NCBI RefSeq assembly: GCF_009914755.1 | Contig: NC_060925.1 | Length of the DNA: 64,000 nt | Source of the DNA: the human T2T-CHM13v2.0 reference genome, Homo sapiens | Reading direction: 5' to 3' (one strand) | In this document: one piece after another, positions 30,879-42,745 of the stretch | Layout of the letters: every line of letters begins with the position of its first letter | Position numbering within the stretch: position 1 is the stretch's first letter | Position numbers and translations under genes: made by a program | The notes under the pieces: model-generated | The model's input: the letters and a program-made list of their open reading frames with translations, nothing else | What the model was told of the DNA's origin: nothing | Database searches by the model: none

Positions 30879-31271
30879 TCTGAGAAAAATCCCAGTGCAC
30901 CCCCTCCCCATTCTTTCCAAGATTGCAGAGTAGTGTCAAGGATAAGATGACCTCCAGCCAGGACTTCAGTATTAAGTTCCTCTGACCTCCTCATTGAGCT
31001 AGGTGGACTCCAAGACCTAAGGGACAGGTAAACATTACCCTTTGAATATCTTCTTTGCCTCCTTACCCAGATGTAGCCCGCCTACATAGATCCCCAAATC
31101 TTCAGGTATTCCCACCACCCAGTGGCTCTTTTCCAAAGTTTGTGTTTAAGTTGGTTATTTGAAGTTCTGTACAGGATCTTACAGCAACACTATTTACAAA
31201 TGATGGTTAGCTTTTCCAGCAAGGCCCTAGATGTCTGTTGGATTCCAGTGTTTTAGATGTTCTGCACATCT

Positions 31272-31572
31272 ATTTATTTTGAGGCAGGATCTCACTTTGT
31301 CACCCAGGCTGGAGTGCAGTGGTGTGATCTCAGCTCAGTGCAACCTCCAACCTCCCATGTCAGCCTCCTGAGTAGCTGGGACTATAGGCGTAATCCCAGC
31401 TACTACGCCAGGCTAATTTTTTTGGTTTGTTTTTTGTTTGGTGGGGTGCAGCAGGTAGAGACAAGGTTTCTGCATGTTGCCTAATCTGGTCTCGAATTCC
31501 TGGACTGAAGTGATCTGCCCCCCTTGGCCTCCCAAAGTGTTTGGATTATAAGTATAAACCACCCTGCCCAGA
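31272..31572 (-). mobile_element. AluJ-type with an internal fold-back
   Basis: Diverged Alu; inverted 14-mer at 31371-31404. Confidence 0.85.
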
Positions 31573-32779
31573 CAATTCTATACATTTATAATGGGAAAGG
31601 AAAATAGTAGAAAAATAATCCTATCATAAATGCACAACTACAATATAGAATATACTCTTGAGGGTTAACTTAGGGAATAAGGTCCAACTTATAAAGCTGT
31701 GTCCACGGGAAAATGTCTTCCTGGGCTTGCTTAGGTCACTGTCCCAAAAGCCCCTCAGCAGCCTCTTGATGGAGAATGAGACTGTCATAGCCCAAGAGAA
31801 TTCCTCTGTCCAGGCCTTTAGACAAAGCCTGGCCTGCGGGAGGGAGTCCCAGTGCAGCAGAATCACAGAGCTGCCGACCAGAAAGGCACAGTAACTCGGG
31901 ATTATGGCTTTCTCTCCAGGGCTCTGTGGGGGAATCCCTCTGTGTAGGGGAAATTCTGGAATCCTGATCTCCCCCTTTCCCTGCATGCATCCCACTCCCA
32001 AATGCAGCCTTGTTCCTAGGTTCTGAGCCAGCAGCAATTTGCAAGCCTGCCCCTAATATTCCTTGCATACTGTCCTTCTGGAGGACCTGGCATGAGTAAG
32101 TACCCAAGAGATATAGCCCCTTTATGGGGAAGCACCCACAGAGCTGGCCCCAAGGTGAAGGTGACCACTGTGGGATGGGGTGAGGGGGAGCTTAAAAACT
32201 TGGCTTGTTTTGCTAAATTGCTATGACCCTACATTATGGTCATTAGACAAAGATCCCCTGGCCTAAGGCCAATAAAATGACACCATGACTTTCCCATCAA
32301 ATCTGGCTGCTTCTCTCTTGGCTGCAGAGAATCATTAATATTTGGTCTCTCTTTAACAAATGGAAGAAAGAAGGAAGAGGCTAGAAGGCAGTTTCCTTGG
32401 ATGAGCAGAAGTGAAATCAAATCTCAGCTTCTTGCCTCCCTCATCTAACTCTCTCCTGCCTCAGGGCTTTCCACCAGGACCTGTCTGGAAACCTTATCTC
32501 AAGCTTTAAGGGCTTATGCCTGGGGCTCCTCTGGATGTGAAAAGAAATTCCCTCCCACACAGTACCTGCTATTACATGACTTACCCTATCATGCCTCGTA
32601 AGACTTTAAGAAGCTTCTGCCCACCACTTTAAAGGATAATTGTTCTCATACTGTTATATTCTGTTCCTGAACACTTAGGTATTTTGGCAAAAGTAGGGTC
32701 AATCATCAAATATAGGAAATGGATGAAAGGGTTATGTCCTTGTACCTGACTACAGAGCTTGGTGGCTTCGAGTTGGGGC

Positions 32780-33830
32780 AGCAGAGGAGAAAAGCTGCCA
32801 CCAGCAACCGGGTATAGAGAAACGGAGGCTGAGAGACCAGCTTGATGTCAGGAGTGAGGGGGAGAGCAGCAAATCAGGGGAGTGTAGTGTCATGGAAACC
32901 AAGAGAAGAAAGAGCTTCAGGGAGGTGGTGAGGACATCTGTGTTGAATGCTGAAGTGAAGACAAGATAAGAACAGAGGTGTAAACATTAGACTCAGCAAT
33001 GTGGAGGTGATTAGAGGCACTGACCGGAACAGTATCTTGGTATAGTGGGGACAAAATCCATCTAGAGTAAGTTGAAAAGGAAATAAGAATATGCTGCTAA
33101 GCGCTTTATGTCTTAGCTCATGTAATTCTTATAACAATCTTATGATGTAGATTCTAATATTATCCCCATTTTACAGATGAGGAATCCAGGCACAGAGAGG
33201 ATAACTAGATGGCCCAAAGTCTCACAGTTAGAAAGTGGCAGAGTTGGATGGACCCAGACAACCTGGCTCCAGCCTGTGCTTGAAACCTCTACCTCACTCT
33301 CCTTTCACAATGCCACGAAACCAGGATGAACACTCACTCCAGACAACACTAGCGACAAGTGCTGAAAAGGAAAAAAAGAGAGATGGGGTGGGTAGCTGGA
33401 GAGGTTGTGGGGCTGAGAGAGAGTTTTCTTTTAAGACAGAAAATCCTGATACACGGGTTGCATGCTGATGGGGATAATAGAGGTGCAGAGGAGAGATTGA
33501 TGATGTCTGCTGGAGGAGGTGTTTGCGAGCTGGGAGATGAGATGGATCCAGAGCACAGAGGGGCTGACCTTTGATAGGAGCTCAGCAAATCCTCTGGTAC
33601 CAGGAGGGGAGGCAAAGAAAAAGGGCACCCAGTGAGGGTAGCGGGTAGTTTTGGATGTGAAAAGATGAAGGAGTACCTGTCTGCTGGTTTCTCTTTTCTC
33701 AGTGAAGGGTAGAGCAAGATAATCATCTGAGGCTGGGGTGGGGAGAAGGGATGGGGGTTGTAAGAGGATTGAAGAGGGAAGAGAGGTATGAAATGGCCAT
33801 TCTGGGGGTGGAGGTGCCGAGAAAACACAA
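32780..33830 (-). mobile_element. L2 fragments interrupted by a MIR (about 33090-33290)
   Basis: Purine-rich antisense L2 motifs (GTGTCATGGAAACCAAGAGAAG); MIR core CCCCATTTTACAGATGAGGAA. Confidence 0.7.
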
Positions 33831-34271
33831 TGAGGAGGTGAGGCAGGGAGCTACAAGAGACAATTCCTAAATTTTATGGATGCACTGTCTGTCTCTCAAA
33901 TCTTTCATGGTTTTTATCTATGAAATTTTTCATTTTAAATTGCAGAAAAAGAAAGAGGAAAAACTGCCTGCCCTCTTTCCCATGACCGCTGTGCTGGCAG
34001 CAGCAGGAACACATCTGAAGTGATGTGATAGGAAATCAGAAGCATTGCAGGCAGATGGTTTGGGATTGTGAAAAGCGCACACAGAGAGAAATGTAGCCTG
34101 GGTTTCTTACCTGTAGAAACTTCATGGCTTTTCCTTTGTTTTCATCAAGACCCATCTGTGGCTCTTTAGCACATTTCTTAAAGAAGAATGTGGAATGATA
34201 AATGATCCCAGGTGAAATTTATATCTATCTGGATTAAATCCTTGTGCTTTTCTGGAGGAATCAGGGAGCAC

Positions 34272-34445
34272 AGAGCGGCTGCTAATACAGAGAATCACCT
34301 GGAGGTCTTGTTACGCCACAGATTACCAGGCCCTGCCCCCAGAATTTCTGATTCTTTGCAGGATGGGGGGAATGAAAATTTGCATCTCTAATAGTTCCCA
34401 GGTGATGTGGATGCTGCTGGTTGGAAGACCATACTTTGAACATCG
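34272..34445 (-). mobile_element. MER5A (hAT-Charlie)
   Basis: GAATCACCTGGAGG...AATTTGCAT...GTTCCCAGGTGATG...GACCATACTTTGA. Confidence 0.8.
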
Positions 34446-34669
34446 AGTTTGGATGGGGAAGGCCTTAGGGTTCATCTAGTTCACCACTTCAGGTGGCAGA
34501 GGATTTCCCGCACCTCACAGAACAAGGACTAGAAAGACGATATCTGAGTCCATTGAAATCCCAAAAGATTCCAGACACAAAATGTCCTTAAGTCCAGCTG
34601 CTATTGTTGGACTTGTCATTCCTCTCCCTCCCTGCAAGTCTCTGTTTTTCTGCAAAAACATCGGAGGGA

Positions 34670-34910
34670 ATAATTTGAGACTAATTAACACATAAAGTGC
34701 TAACTATATACAAGACGCTGCTCTGAGCTCTTTACTTTATTAACTCACTTAGTCTTTATAACAGCCCTGTGACCTAGGTGCTACTATTATTAATGCCCAA
34801 TTTACTGATAAGGTAATGAAGACACAGAGAGATTAAGTAACTTCCTTGAGGTCACCCAGCTAGGAAGTGGAGAGCTGGAATACATCCACAGATCAGACTA
34901 ACTCCAGTTT
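34670..34910 (-). mobile_element. MIR
   Basis: TTAAGTAACTT..GAGGTCACCCAGCTAGGAAGTGGAGAGCTGG. Confidence 0.75.
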
Positions 34911-35077
34911 CCACATTATTTCCACACTTTCATATGGCAAAAGTAAGTATGTATGAAGTCTTGGTCTCTCAGATTTGTGGATTCTTGCTGCTTGGGTAAA
35001 ATGTGGTCTGCTAGGGTCCAACATAGTTCTTAGCTAGGGTCCCTGGGCAATATAGGATCTTGAAAAAACCCTGTTTT

Positions 35078-35375
<298 letters not shown>

Positions 35376-35482
35376 CTACCATTTTTAATGTATGGCCCTT
35401 GGACAAGCTGCCTACTTTATTCTGATTATCCCATTGATAAAATGAGGTGTACTGACTTTCTGAACTTTTAAGCTCTGAAAGC

Positions 35483-35611
35483 ATATATATATGCGTATAT
35501 ATACATGTATATATATACGTGTCCTGTATATGTATATATATGTATATATGTATATGTACATGTATATGTATGTATATGTATATGTATATATACGTGTCAT
35601 ATATATATTTT

Positions 35612-35645
<34 letters not shown>
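35483..35645. repeat. (TA/TG)n-(GA)n compound microsatellite derived from an Alu tail
   Basis: Lies between TSD AGCATATA and the minus-strand Alu body. Confidence 0.9.
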
Positions 35646-35646
<1 letters not shown>

Positions 35647-35931
35647 GGGGGTCTCGCTTTATTACCCAGGCTGGAGTGCAGTAACACCAATGATGGCTCA
35701 CTGCAACCTTAACCTCACAGGCTCAAGCAATTCTCCCACCTCAGTCCCGAGTAGCTGGGACTACAGGCATGTACCACCACACCTTGTTGATTTTTGTATT
35801 TTTTGTAGAGATGGGGTTTCACCATGTTGCCCAGGCTTGTCTCAAACTCCTGAACTCCTGGACTCAAGTGATCCGCCTGCCTCAGCCTTCCAAAGTGCTG
35901 AGATTACAGGTGTGAGCCACCATGCCTGGCC
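35646..35931 (-). mobile_element. AluJb-like
   Basis: Full Alu body. Confidence 0.9.
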
Positions 35932-36844
35932 AGCATATAATTCTTACTGAGTTTCAGTAACTCCTTACTCCTGCACTCATTCATCTAGAGCAGCTGCCTG
36001 AAGCAACACAGACCAACAATCCACAGGCTGCAGCTAATTCTGGGAGCAGCTCTTCCCGTGGCCAGCTAAGAATTCTTCTGCCATGACAGTCACTGAGGAG
36101 GTGTGTTTTTGCCAGTGATGAAGGGTTCTGCTTAACTAGCAAGAGAATAAGCACAGCTGATTAGAAAGGTAATTTTTCAATAAAAGTAGGTATAGAGGAC
36201 TAGGTAGTAACATGTTGGTTCCTGCCATTGGCTGCCTAGGAGATATTGAGCAAGGTAACTTGCCTCAACATTTGCATCTGTGAAATGGAGATGATTAGGA
36301 CTATGAGACAGTTTAGCTAGTTAAGCATTACCACGTGCTTGGTCATAGTCGCATCGCTCCAATTGGCCCCTGAGGTTGTTGTTCTTGGTGTCAGCAGTGC
36401 CTCATCAGAGATCTAGATGCTGAGCTTGTACACACTAGGACCTCCCAGATGCATCTCACCCACCCTGAAGCTCTTCACCACCAACTTTTAATGCTCTATA
36501 CTGGCATTAAAAGAGTCAGACATTTAATAAGTCTAAATCCTAGCATCCTCAGGTTTAGAGAAGGATTGTGTCTCAGATTCACGACAACAAAAGGTGTGGT
36601 GGACTTTATTATTATCATTTTTTTTTTTTGTAGAATAAGAATCTGGAGAACTCTATGAGTATTCTCCAGAGTTCTTTTAGAGCTAACTGAATTTAAGAGA
36701 TCCCTGGGGCAATTAATCCAAAGTATACCCTCACTGCAACATCTGTTTCAGGATCAGAAGTGCCAGTGGAGTCGTGAAATTGAAGTTAACAAATTTTTAT
36801 GGAGAGCCAACCAAGAACCATGGATTGTAGAGGGAGTTGCAAGT

Positions 36845-37280
36845 AATGAGTATAGCAATAGCTAACATTTATGGAGTTCTTAGGATGTGCCAGGAACATA
36901 ATTATTACATATCATTCATACAGCCCTAGGAGTTAGGTACTATTATCTGCCCCATTTCATAGATAGGGCAATTGAAGCTCTTGGAGGGTAAATGTTCATG
37001 GTGGCACAAGGAGTTGAATCCAGATGCACAGCCATAGTGCTACATTGCCTCCCTACAACAAGGTGCATGACAGAGTCCCAACCCTCAAGGAGCGAACCCT
37101 GGTGAGGGAAACAGGCACAGGAACAGATATTCATAAACATGGCTGACTATGAACATAAGATGGGCAATTGATGGCAACTAGAAAGATCCTGTAAGACTTC
37201 AAAGTGGAGGTGGCATTTGAGCTGAATATTGAAAGAAATGACTAGCATTGCAACAGGTGGAGATGGGGGAAAAGCATAAC
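36845..37280 (-). mobile_element. MIR followed by an L2 fragment
   Basis: ATAGCTAACATTTAT..CCCATTTCATAGATAGG; GGAGGTGGCATTTGAGCTG. Confidence 0.65.
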
Positions 37281-37398
37281 ACTCAGAAAATCATCTACCC
37301 TCAATAGGGGCAGGAACACAGGTGCCACCTATTTAAGTCTTTCTTCCAATGTACAATTTATCTCATTTTGCAGATTCCTGTCCTGTTCACGGGATGGA

Positions 37399-38545
37399 CT
37401 CAGAAGGTTCTGAAGGCTCAGATTTTATAGGCTCAGGGAAGCTGAAAGTTGGACACAAATACGGCCTGTGCTGAGATCTCCTCAGCCCAGGCTCAAGCAA
37501 GATTTTCTTACCAGACAAGCTTCCATGGTGTTGCGAGGCACTGTTTTCTCTGACCTTCAAGGTCTGAGATGTCTGAGCCAGGCACCAGCTTGCAAACTTA
37601 GGAGAAATGGGAAACCAAAATTCCAAAGCAAACTCCCTGAGCCTCCTTGTTCCAGGATCCCTCATTCTCTACTTCATCCACCTTCCTGTGGTAGAAAGAT
37701 CCCTGCTCCTTCTCTACTCAGTAGCTTCCTTCCTGTGACATGTTTTTATCAATGCCATTGTCACTAGTGATTTCAGATGAAACAGGGTAAAGGTTTATGG
37801 ATCACTAGCCTTGTGTGTTCCATGAAACTCTGCTCTGTTGACATCCATTAATCTCTATCCTGGCCTCTTGCTACCTGTCTTGCCATTTATTCTCAGCTCT
37901 TTCCCTGACCCCCCTCTTCCTCTGCCCACCCTTGAATGTTGGTGTTCTTCAGCCATCCGTCCTGGCCCCTTGCTTCCCTCCCTCCACATGCTCTCCGTAG
38001 GAGCCACCCCCTATGACTATTCCTTGCCCTTGAGCTATTGACACTAGATGTCTATCCCCAGGCCTGACCTCTCCTAGTTTTAGCCTCATGCCCTCTGCTG
38101 CCCAGGGAGCATCCCCATCTGAAGGTCCCAGGGGAATCTCAAGCTCAACACATTAACTAGCTCTCCTCTCTCTTCCTTGTCCCCAACTCACTGCACCCAA
38201 TCCAGAAACATGGTAGTCATTCCAGGATCTGCCCCTTGCCTCACCTACTCTTATTCTGCAGCATCCTACCTGCCCCTCCAATCATTGATCAAATATCACC
38301 AGTTTTAAGTCCAGTGTTTCCTGAATCCATTTTCCTCCTGTAGTTCTTTACTCTCACTCTCATCTATGCCAGGTCCCTGTCATCCTGTATACTCTGACCA
38401 CAACTGTTTCCCAACTCTTCTTCTGGCCTCCAGGCTTGCTGCCCACCTGAGATGAAAACCACCTTGACCCCCCTCTGAAGGCTCTGAAGGCTCAGATTTT
38501 ATAGGCTCAGGGAAGCTGAAAGTTGGATACCAATATGGCCTGTGC
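37399..38545. repeat. 73-bp dispersed direct duplication (37399-37471 and 38473-38545)
   Basis: 68/73 identical, offset 1074 bp. Confidence 0.95.
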
Positions 38546-39040
38546 CTGTAAGGGCTCCTCATCACCACAAATCCCAGTTCTGAGTCTATCGAAGGCCCAG
38601 TGTGACCTGGTGTGACCTCTCAGCCTCATCTCCCAGCATTCCCTGCCTCAAACTTCATGTTATGATGATAATACACAGTAGTGTGTAGCTTTCCAACACA
38701 CCATGCTCATTCATGAGTTTTATTGTATTTGATTTAATTCTGTTTCCTCTACCTAGACAGCCTTTTCCACCCTTCTTCACCTGGGTCATATGAACTCATT
38801 TTTCAAGACACAGCCCACCCATTCTCTGGCTCAGAAACCCTCCCCAAAAGCCTTGGGTGAGGGAAGTGCTCCCCTTGCAACCTGTGCTTATTGTCTGAGG
38901 ACTTAAGGGTGGCGCGTTAGAGTTGTTATGTGGGAGTCTTTCTCCTCCATTAGGTTATGACCTTGACAGCATCTTAGTCACTTTTGCCCCATTGTCTAGT
39001 GCAATATTCAGGACACAGTGAGTGCTCAGTTAATATTGTT
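37900..39040 (+). mobile_element. L2 (degraded, 3' part)
   Basis: Pyrimidine-rich L2 motifs ending GTGAGTGCTCAGTTAATATTGTTGA. Confidence 0.7.
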
Positions 39041-40676
39041 GACTGGAACTTAACCCCCTCAGAGCAAGGGTTTTCTACCCCTGTCCTCCTAGCAAGCATT
39101 CTGCAAATGTTTCATGAGCGAATGCTGCTGCTGTCAACAGCCATGATGGGGAGAGGGGAGGAGGGTTCTAGTCACACAGTTCCTAAATGTGCACAGAGGC
39201 CAGGCATGGTAAAATCTGCACATCAGCATTCCATCCCTGAGCAGCATGCATGCTGAGAGTGAGATCTGAAGGAATTAGGCTCTCTGGAAATTATGAATAC
39301 TTAGGAGAATAACTCACTGGGTCTGCAGAGGATGGCAGGCCCTTTCATGAGCGTTCCCACATCACCACTGTCATGATCACCTCCAGGAGAGGTATTTTTA
39401 TGAATTAAGGCCATTATGACAAAGGAAGAGGGTTATTAGGGTCAAGAGTTACCCCAGGCAGGCTCCACCTGCATCCCTGAGATGAGCTTTCATGATCCTG
39501 CTCCCCACTGAAGCTGCTCATTGGCCCTCTTCCTGGAGGTCCCTTGCACAAAGGATCTGCCACCCTCATGGACAGTCGCTGCTTCTGAAACTGCAGAGCA
39601 TGAATAGCTAACAAGGCATGCAGGAGCCAACAAGAGGAGTCTCTGTTGATTCCAGTGGGTTTCTGAAGGGTAGGGGATACGAATTTTGAACACCCACCTC
39701 CTGCTAATCCTCCAGCAAAACCAGTCAGACTGGATGCAAAGCATTACGAGAGAGCCCACACATCCCATCTGACCTCTGAACAATGGAGCCACTTGTTGCA
39801 GGAGGAGTGTTTCATGTCCTTGGGATCAAGGCTGGAGGAATGGGGGGCATGGAGAACTGGGACTGGCAGGAGCAGGGGCAAGGGTGGCAGGGGGAGAGAG
39901 CTTGGGATTTCAGAGCAAGATCCCCTCATGCACAGTTTCACAGTCACCTGGCCTTAACTTCTCTGAGGTGATAACGAGTCTTCACAAGGCAGTGGTGGAC
40001 ACGCTGCTCTAAGACACCTAGTGCAGGGCAGGGAAGGAGTCACTCACAAAATGCTAGCTCCTCTGACATAGGTGCTTCTTAGGGACATCCTCTCAGGGCA
40101 GAAGGGTCTAGAGGGAAGCCCCTGCCACCCACTGCTTCTCCTGGAGCACAGTGCTGTAGCCAGGCACAGGGGTGGGGGCAGAAGTGCCGCTGCAGCCACC
40201 CCCACCAGCCCTGCAGAGTCCTTCACCTCTGCTACCCGGCAGGTGATTTCAGATAAACGTGAGTCGAGTCAGGGGAGCTGATATTTTGTTTCAAGGAAAA
40301 GAACTTTCTAGGCTGCCTCTGGAAAGTAACATTACTCTCATAGTCTCTTCACAAACTTTTCACTGTTGACCTGAGGATTCCTTTCCTCTCTCCTTCCCTC
40401 TCTTCTTTTCTTCCTTTTGTGGGAAAAAGAAACAAATTGGAGGACTGGTCCTTCAAACAACCTCTAGAACCAACAAGTATCAGCCTCCCTAAACACTGTC
40501 CTGAGTTGTGACTGACACTGAATCAATCATTTCAAGAAAACCCTGCACTTTCCATCTCTTTCCTTCCAGGAGGGTAAATGCTGTTCTGAGGGAAAAAGAG
40601 GCAACTAGAATGTAGCTCAGGGGAGAAGCAAAAGGTAGGGGAGGGAACTTGCTTCCTTCTTCCTCTCTGGGGAGTT

Positions 40677-40709
<33 letters not shown>
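40677..40709. repeat. (CAG)10CAA trinucleotide repeat
   Basis: Counted directly. Confidence 0.97.
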
Positions 40710-41383
40710 GTTCTCCTCTCCAAGGAGCTCCTAGGAAAACTAGGGACCCAACCTTTGAGCTGGGGGGGCCTGGGGAGGGGTGTTGGTGTGAATTGCTCAA
40801 GAGTAGCAAGAAATCACACCCACAGAGAATGAAAGCACATTCTCCTCCGTCCCCCTGGGGGCTGCATAAAGGGTCCTCCTGCATCCCCTCCACTGTCGCA
40901 GTCATGGATTCCCTGCCATCCCACCATGCAACCCACACCAGCCTGCTCAGTGTCCCCATGGTGCTCACAGCCTTGACATCTCAGGGGAATGCCCAGCTTG
41001 GCACGTACTCCCCTCAGTCCAAGCTGCCCAGCAAGCGCCAGCCCTCCATGGCAGGCCACCAACCAAAAACCTCCCTAACCCTGAACAGGTGCCTTGAGCA
41101 GCTGAGGTGGGATGTTAAGTCAAATCCAGTTAGGCTCTTGTCTGGCCAGGCTCCCGCTGGCCCAATGCTGGATCAGATAAAATTACAGGTGGGGTCCTAT
41201 GGGACAGCCCAGCAGTGCTCAGCATCCCCAAAAGACCTCACTGCTGTTCCCTTCACCCATAAGGATAGAGAGAAGAGTATATACTACCTCCAGAAGAGGA
41301 TCTGCCCCAGGGAAGCCATGGCTGGGGAAGGTTCCCAGCGTATCTGGGTACTGGCTGAGTGGAGCTGCCGCTGCCTTCCTTGG

Positions 41384-42400
41384 TGACTCACAACCAGCTC
41401 CCGTGTATTGGCCTTAAATAGTGTGTTGAGGCCGGGAGTGGTGCGTGCAGCTGTAGACGGCTCAGGTATGAGGAAACTGGCTGTGCAGAATTCCCTGCAG
41501 GCACAGTGGCTGCCTGCTCCGGCCAGCCAGCCAAGCCAGGGGCTCAGAGCTGCCTTTCCAAGTCTTGACTTTGGGAGGGTGACGAGGAAAAGCTTCCCTG
41601 GCCCTTGCTTCAGGGCCTGCATTCAGCAGGACTTTCCTCCTGACTGTGGAAGGGAGCTGTAGGGAGGGAGATTTAATCTCAAAATAAGAAAGGACTGGAA
41701 TAGCTCAAAGTGTCAGGCTATGCTGGGAGCCTTGGGGCCAGGAGTCCCCATCTCTGCTGGTAGATGACGCTCAAACAGAGGCTGGGTCACCATTGGTCAG
41801 GTCTCTCGTGGAGGAGACTCATGCTGGGGGACCTCAGGAAGGCCATGAGCTGAAGTGACAAGACCACTGAGTTTGTCACTCAAGACTGAACTTGCCTAGG
41901 TCTCCTGAGATGCCCAGCTGGGTGTGCAATTCTCTTCCAGCTTCATTTCAGTGGGAGCAGGAGAGGGCCAGCACTTCCCACCTTGCAATTTTTTTGAGAC
42001 TCCAAAAAGACACTGAATGTGCTCTGCTTCAACTGCCCCTCTCTCTGGAGATCCCAATACCCAGAAGCTATTGCTGTCAAAGGTGAGTGGGTTAGCAAAA
42101 ATCTCTGACATTTCATCCAGCAGATTGCCAACTAGGCAAGATTCTCGTTAAAGCCTAAACGTTGCTCTCTCTCTCTCTTATTCTCTCTCTCTCTCCTTAT
42201 TGTTTCCTCCAGCCCCCAGAAGTACCTTGGATGGGAAAGTTTCATGACTGGTTGCCTGGCTTACTGCTGCTGCTGACTGACTATGTTTGCAGTGAAGGTG
42301 CTCCAGGCCTTCAGCAGCATCCTCCTAGTGTTTGCGTATGGGCAGGTGGAGCAACCATTGAGTAAAGATGGAGCAGGGAGAACTGAGTGGTGAAAATAAG
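41384..42400 (+). other. Candidate spliced transcript: exon ends 41465, exon 41941-42082, exon from 42213
   Basis: Donor CAG|GTATGA, acceptor TTCTCTTCCAG, donor AAG|GTGAGT, long polypyrimidine tract plus CCAG acceptor; upstream TGACTCA, ATTGG, TTAAATA. Confidence 0.35.
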
Positions 42401-42745
42401 GCAGCAGGAGAGGGCAAGGTCACAGTGGAAAGACCTTTAGAGTCAAACAGCTAGGTTCAATTCCTGGGTTCCTAATTAATCATGTGGCTTTGAGAACATC
42501 ACTTTACTTCAATGTGTGTCTCACTGGGTTGGAGTGAGGGATAAATGAGAGGCGGGTCTATGTGCTTTCCCTTCCCCAGAATAAGTAAAGGGTGATGCCC
42601 TGGAATCTATGCAGTGCCGGTGCTGAATGGTCACTTCCCGGGTCTGGGGAAGCTGAGGGCAGTGGGAGCAGTGGTTTCTGTAATTCCAACCAAAGGCACA
42701 GGGATTCTGCCCTACCCCTCAATGAGCCTTAAGAAGAGCAGCTTC

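Noticed and set aside
35412-35950. Tyr/Ile-rich ORFs
   Set aside because: Products of the (TA/TG)n microsatellite plus Alu.
36642-36676. Small hairpin TCTGGAGAA..TTCTCCAGA
   Set aside because: The 9-12 bp stem is too short for a pre-miRNA, no element boundaries are visible, and it is plausible by chance.
40649-41386. 245-aa ORF as a bona fide CDS
   Set aside because: Non-ATG start, no recognisable domain, and the GC-rich context favours long frames; kept only as a low-ranked finding.
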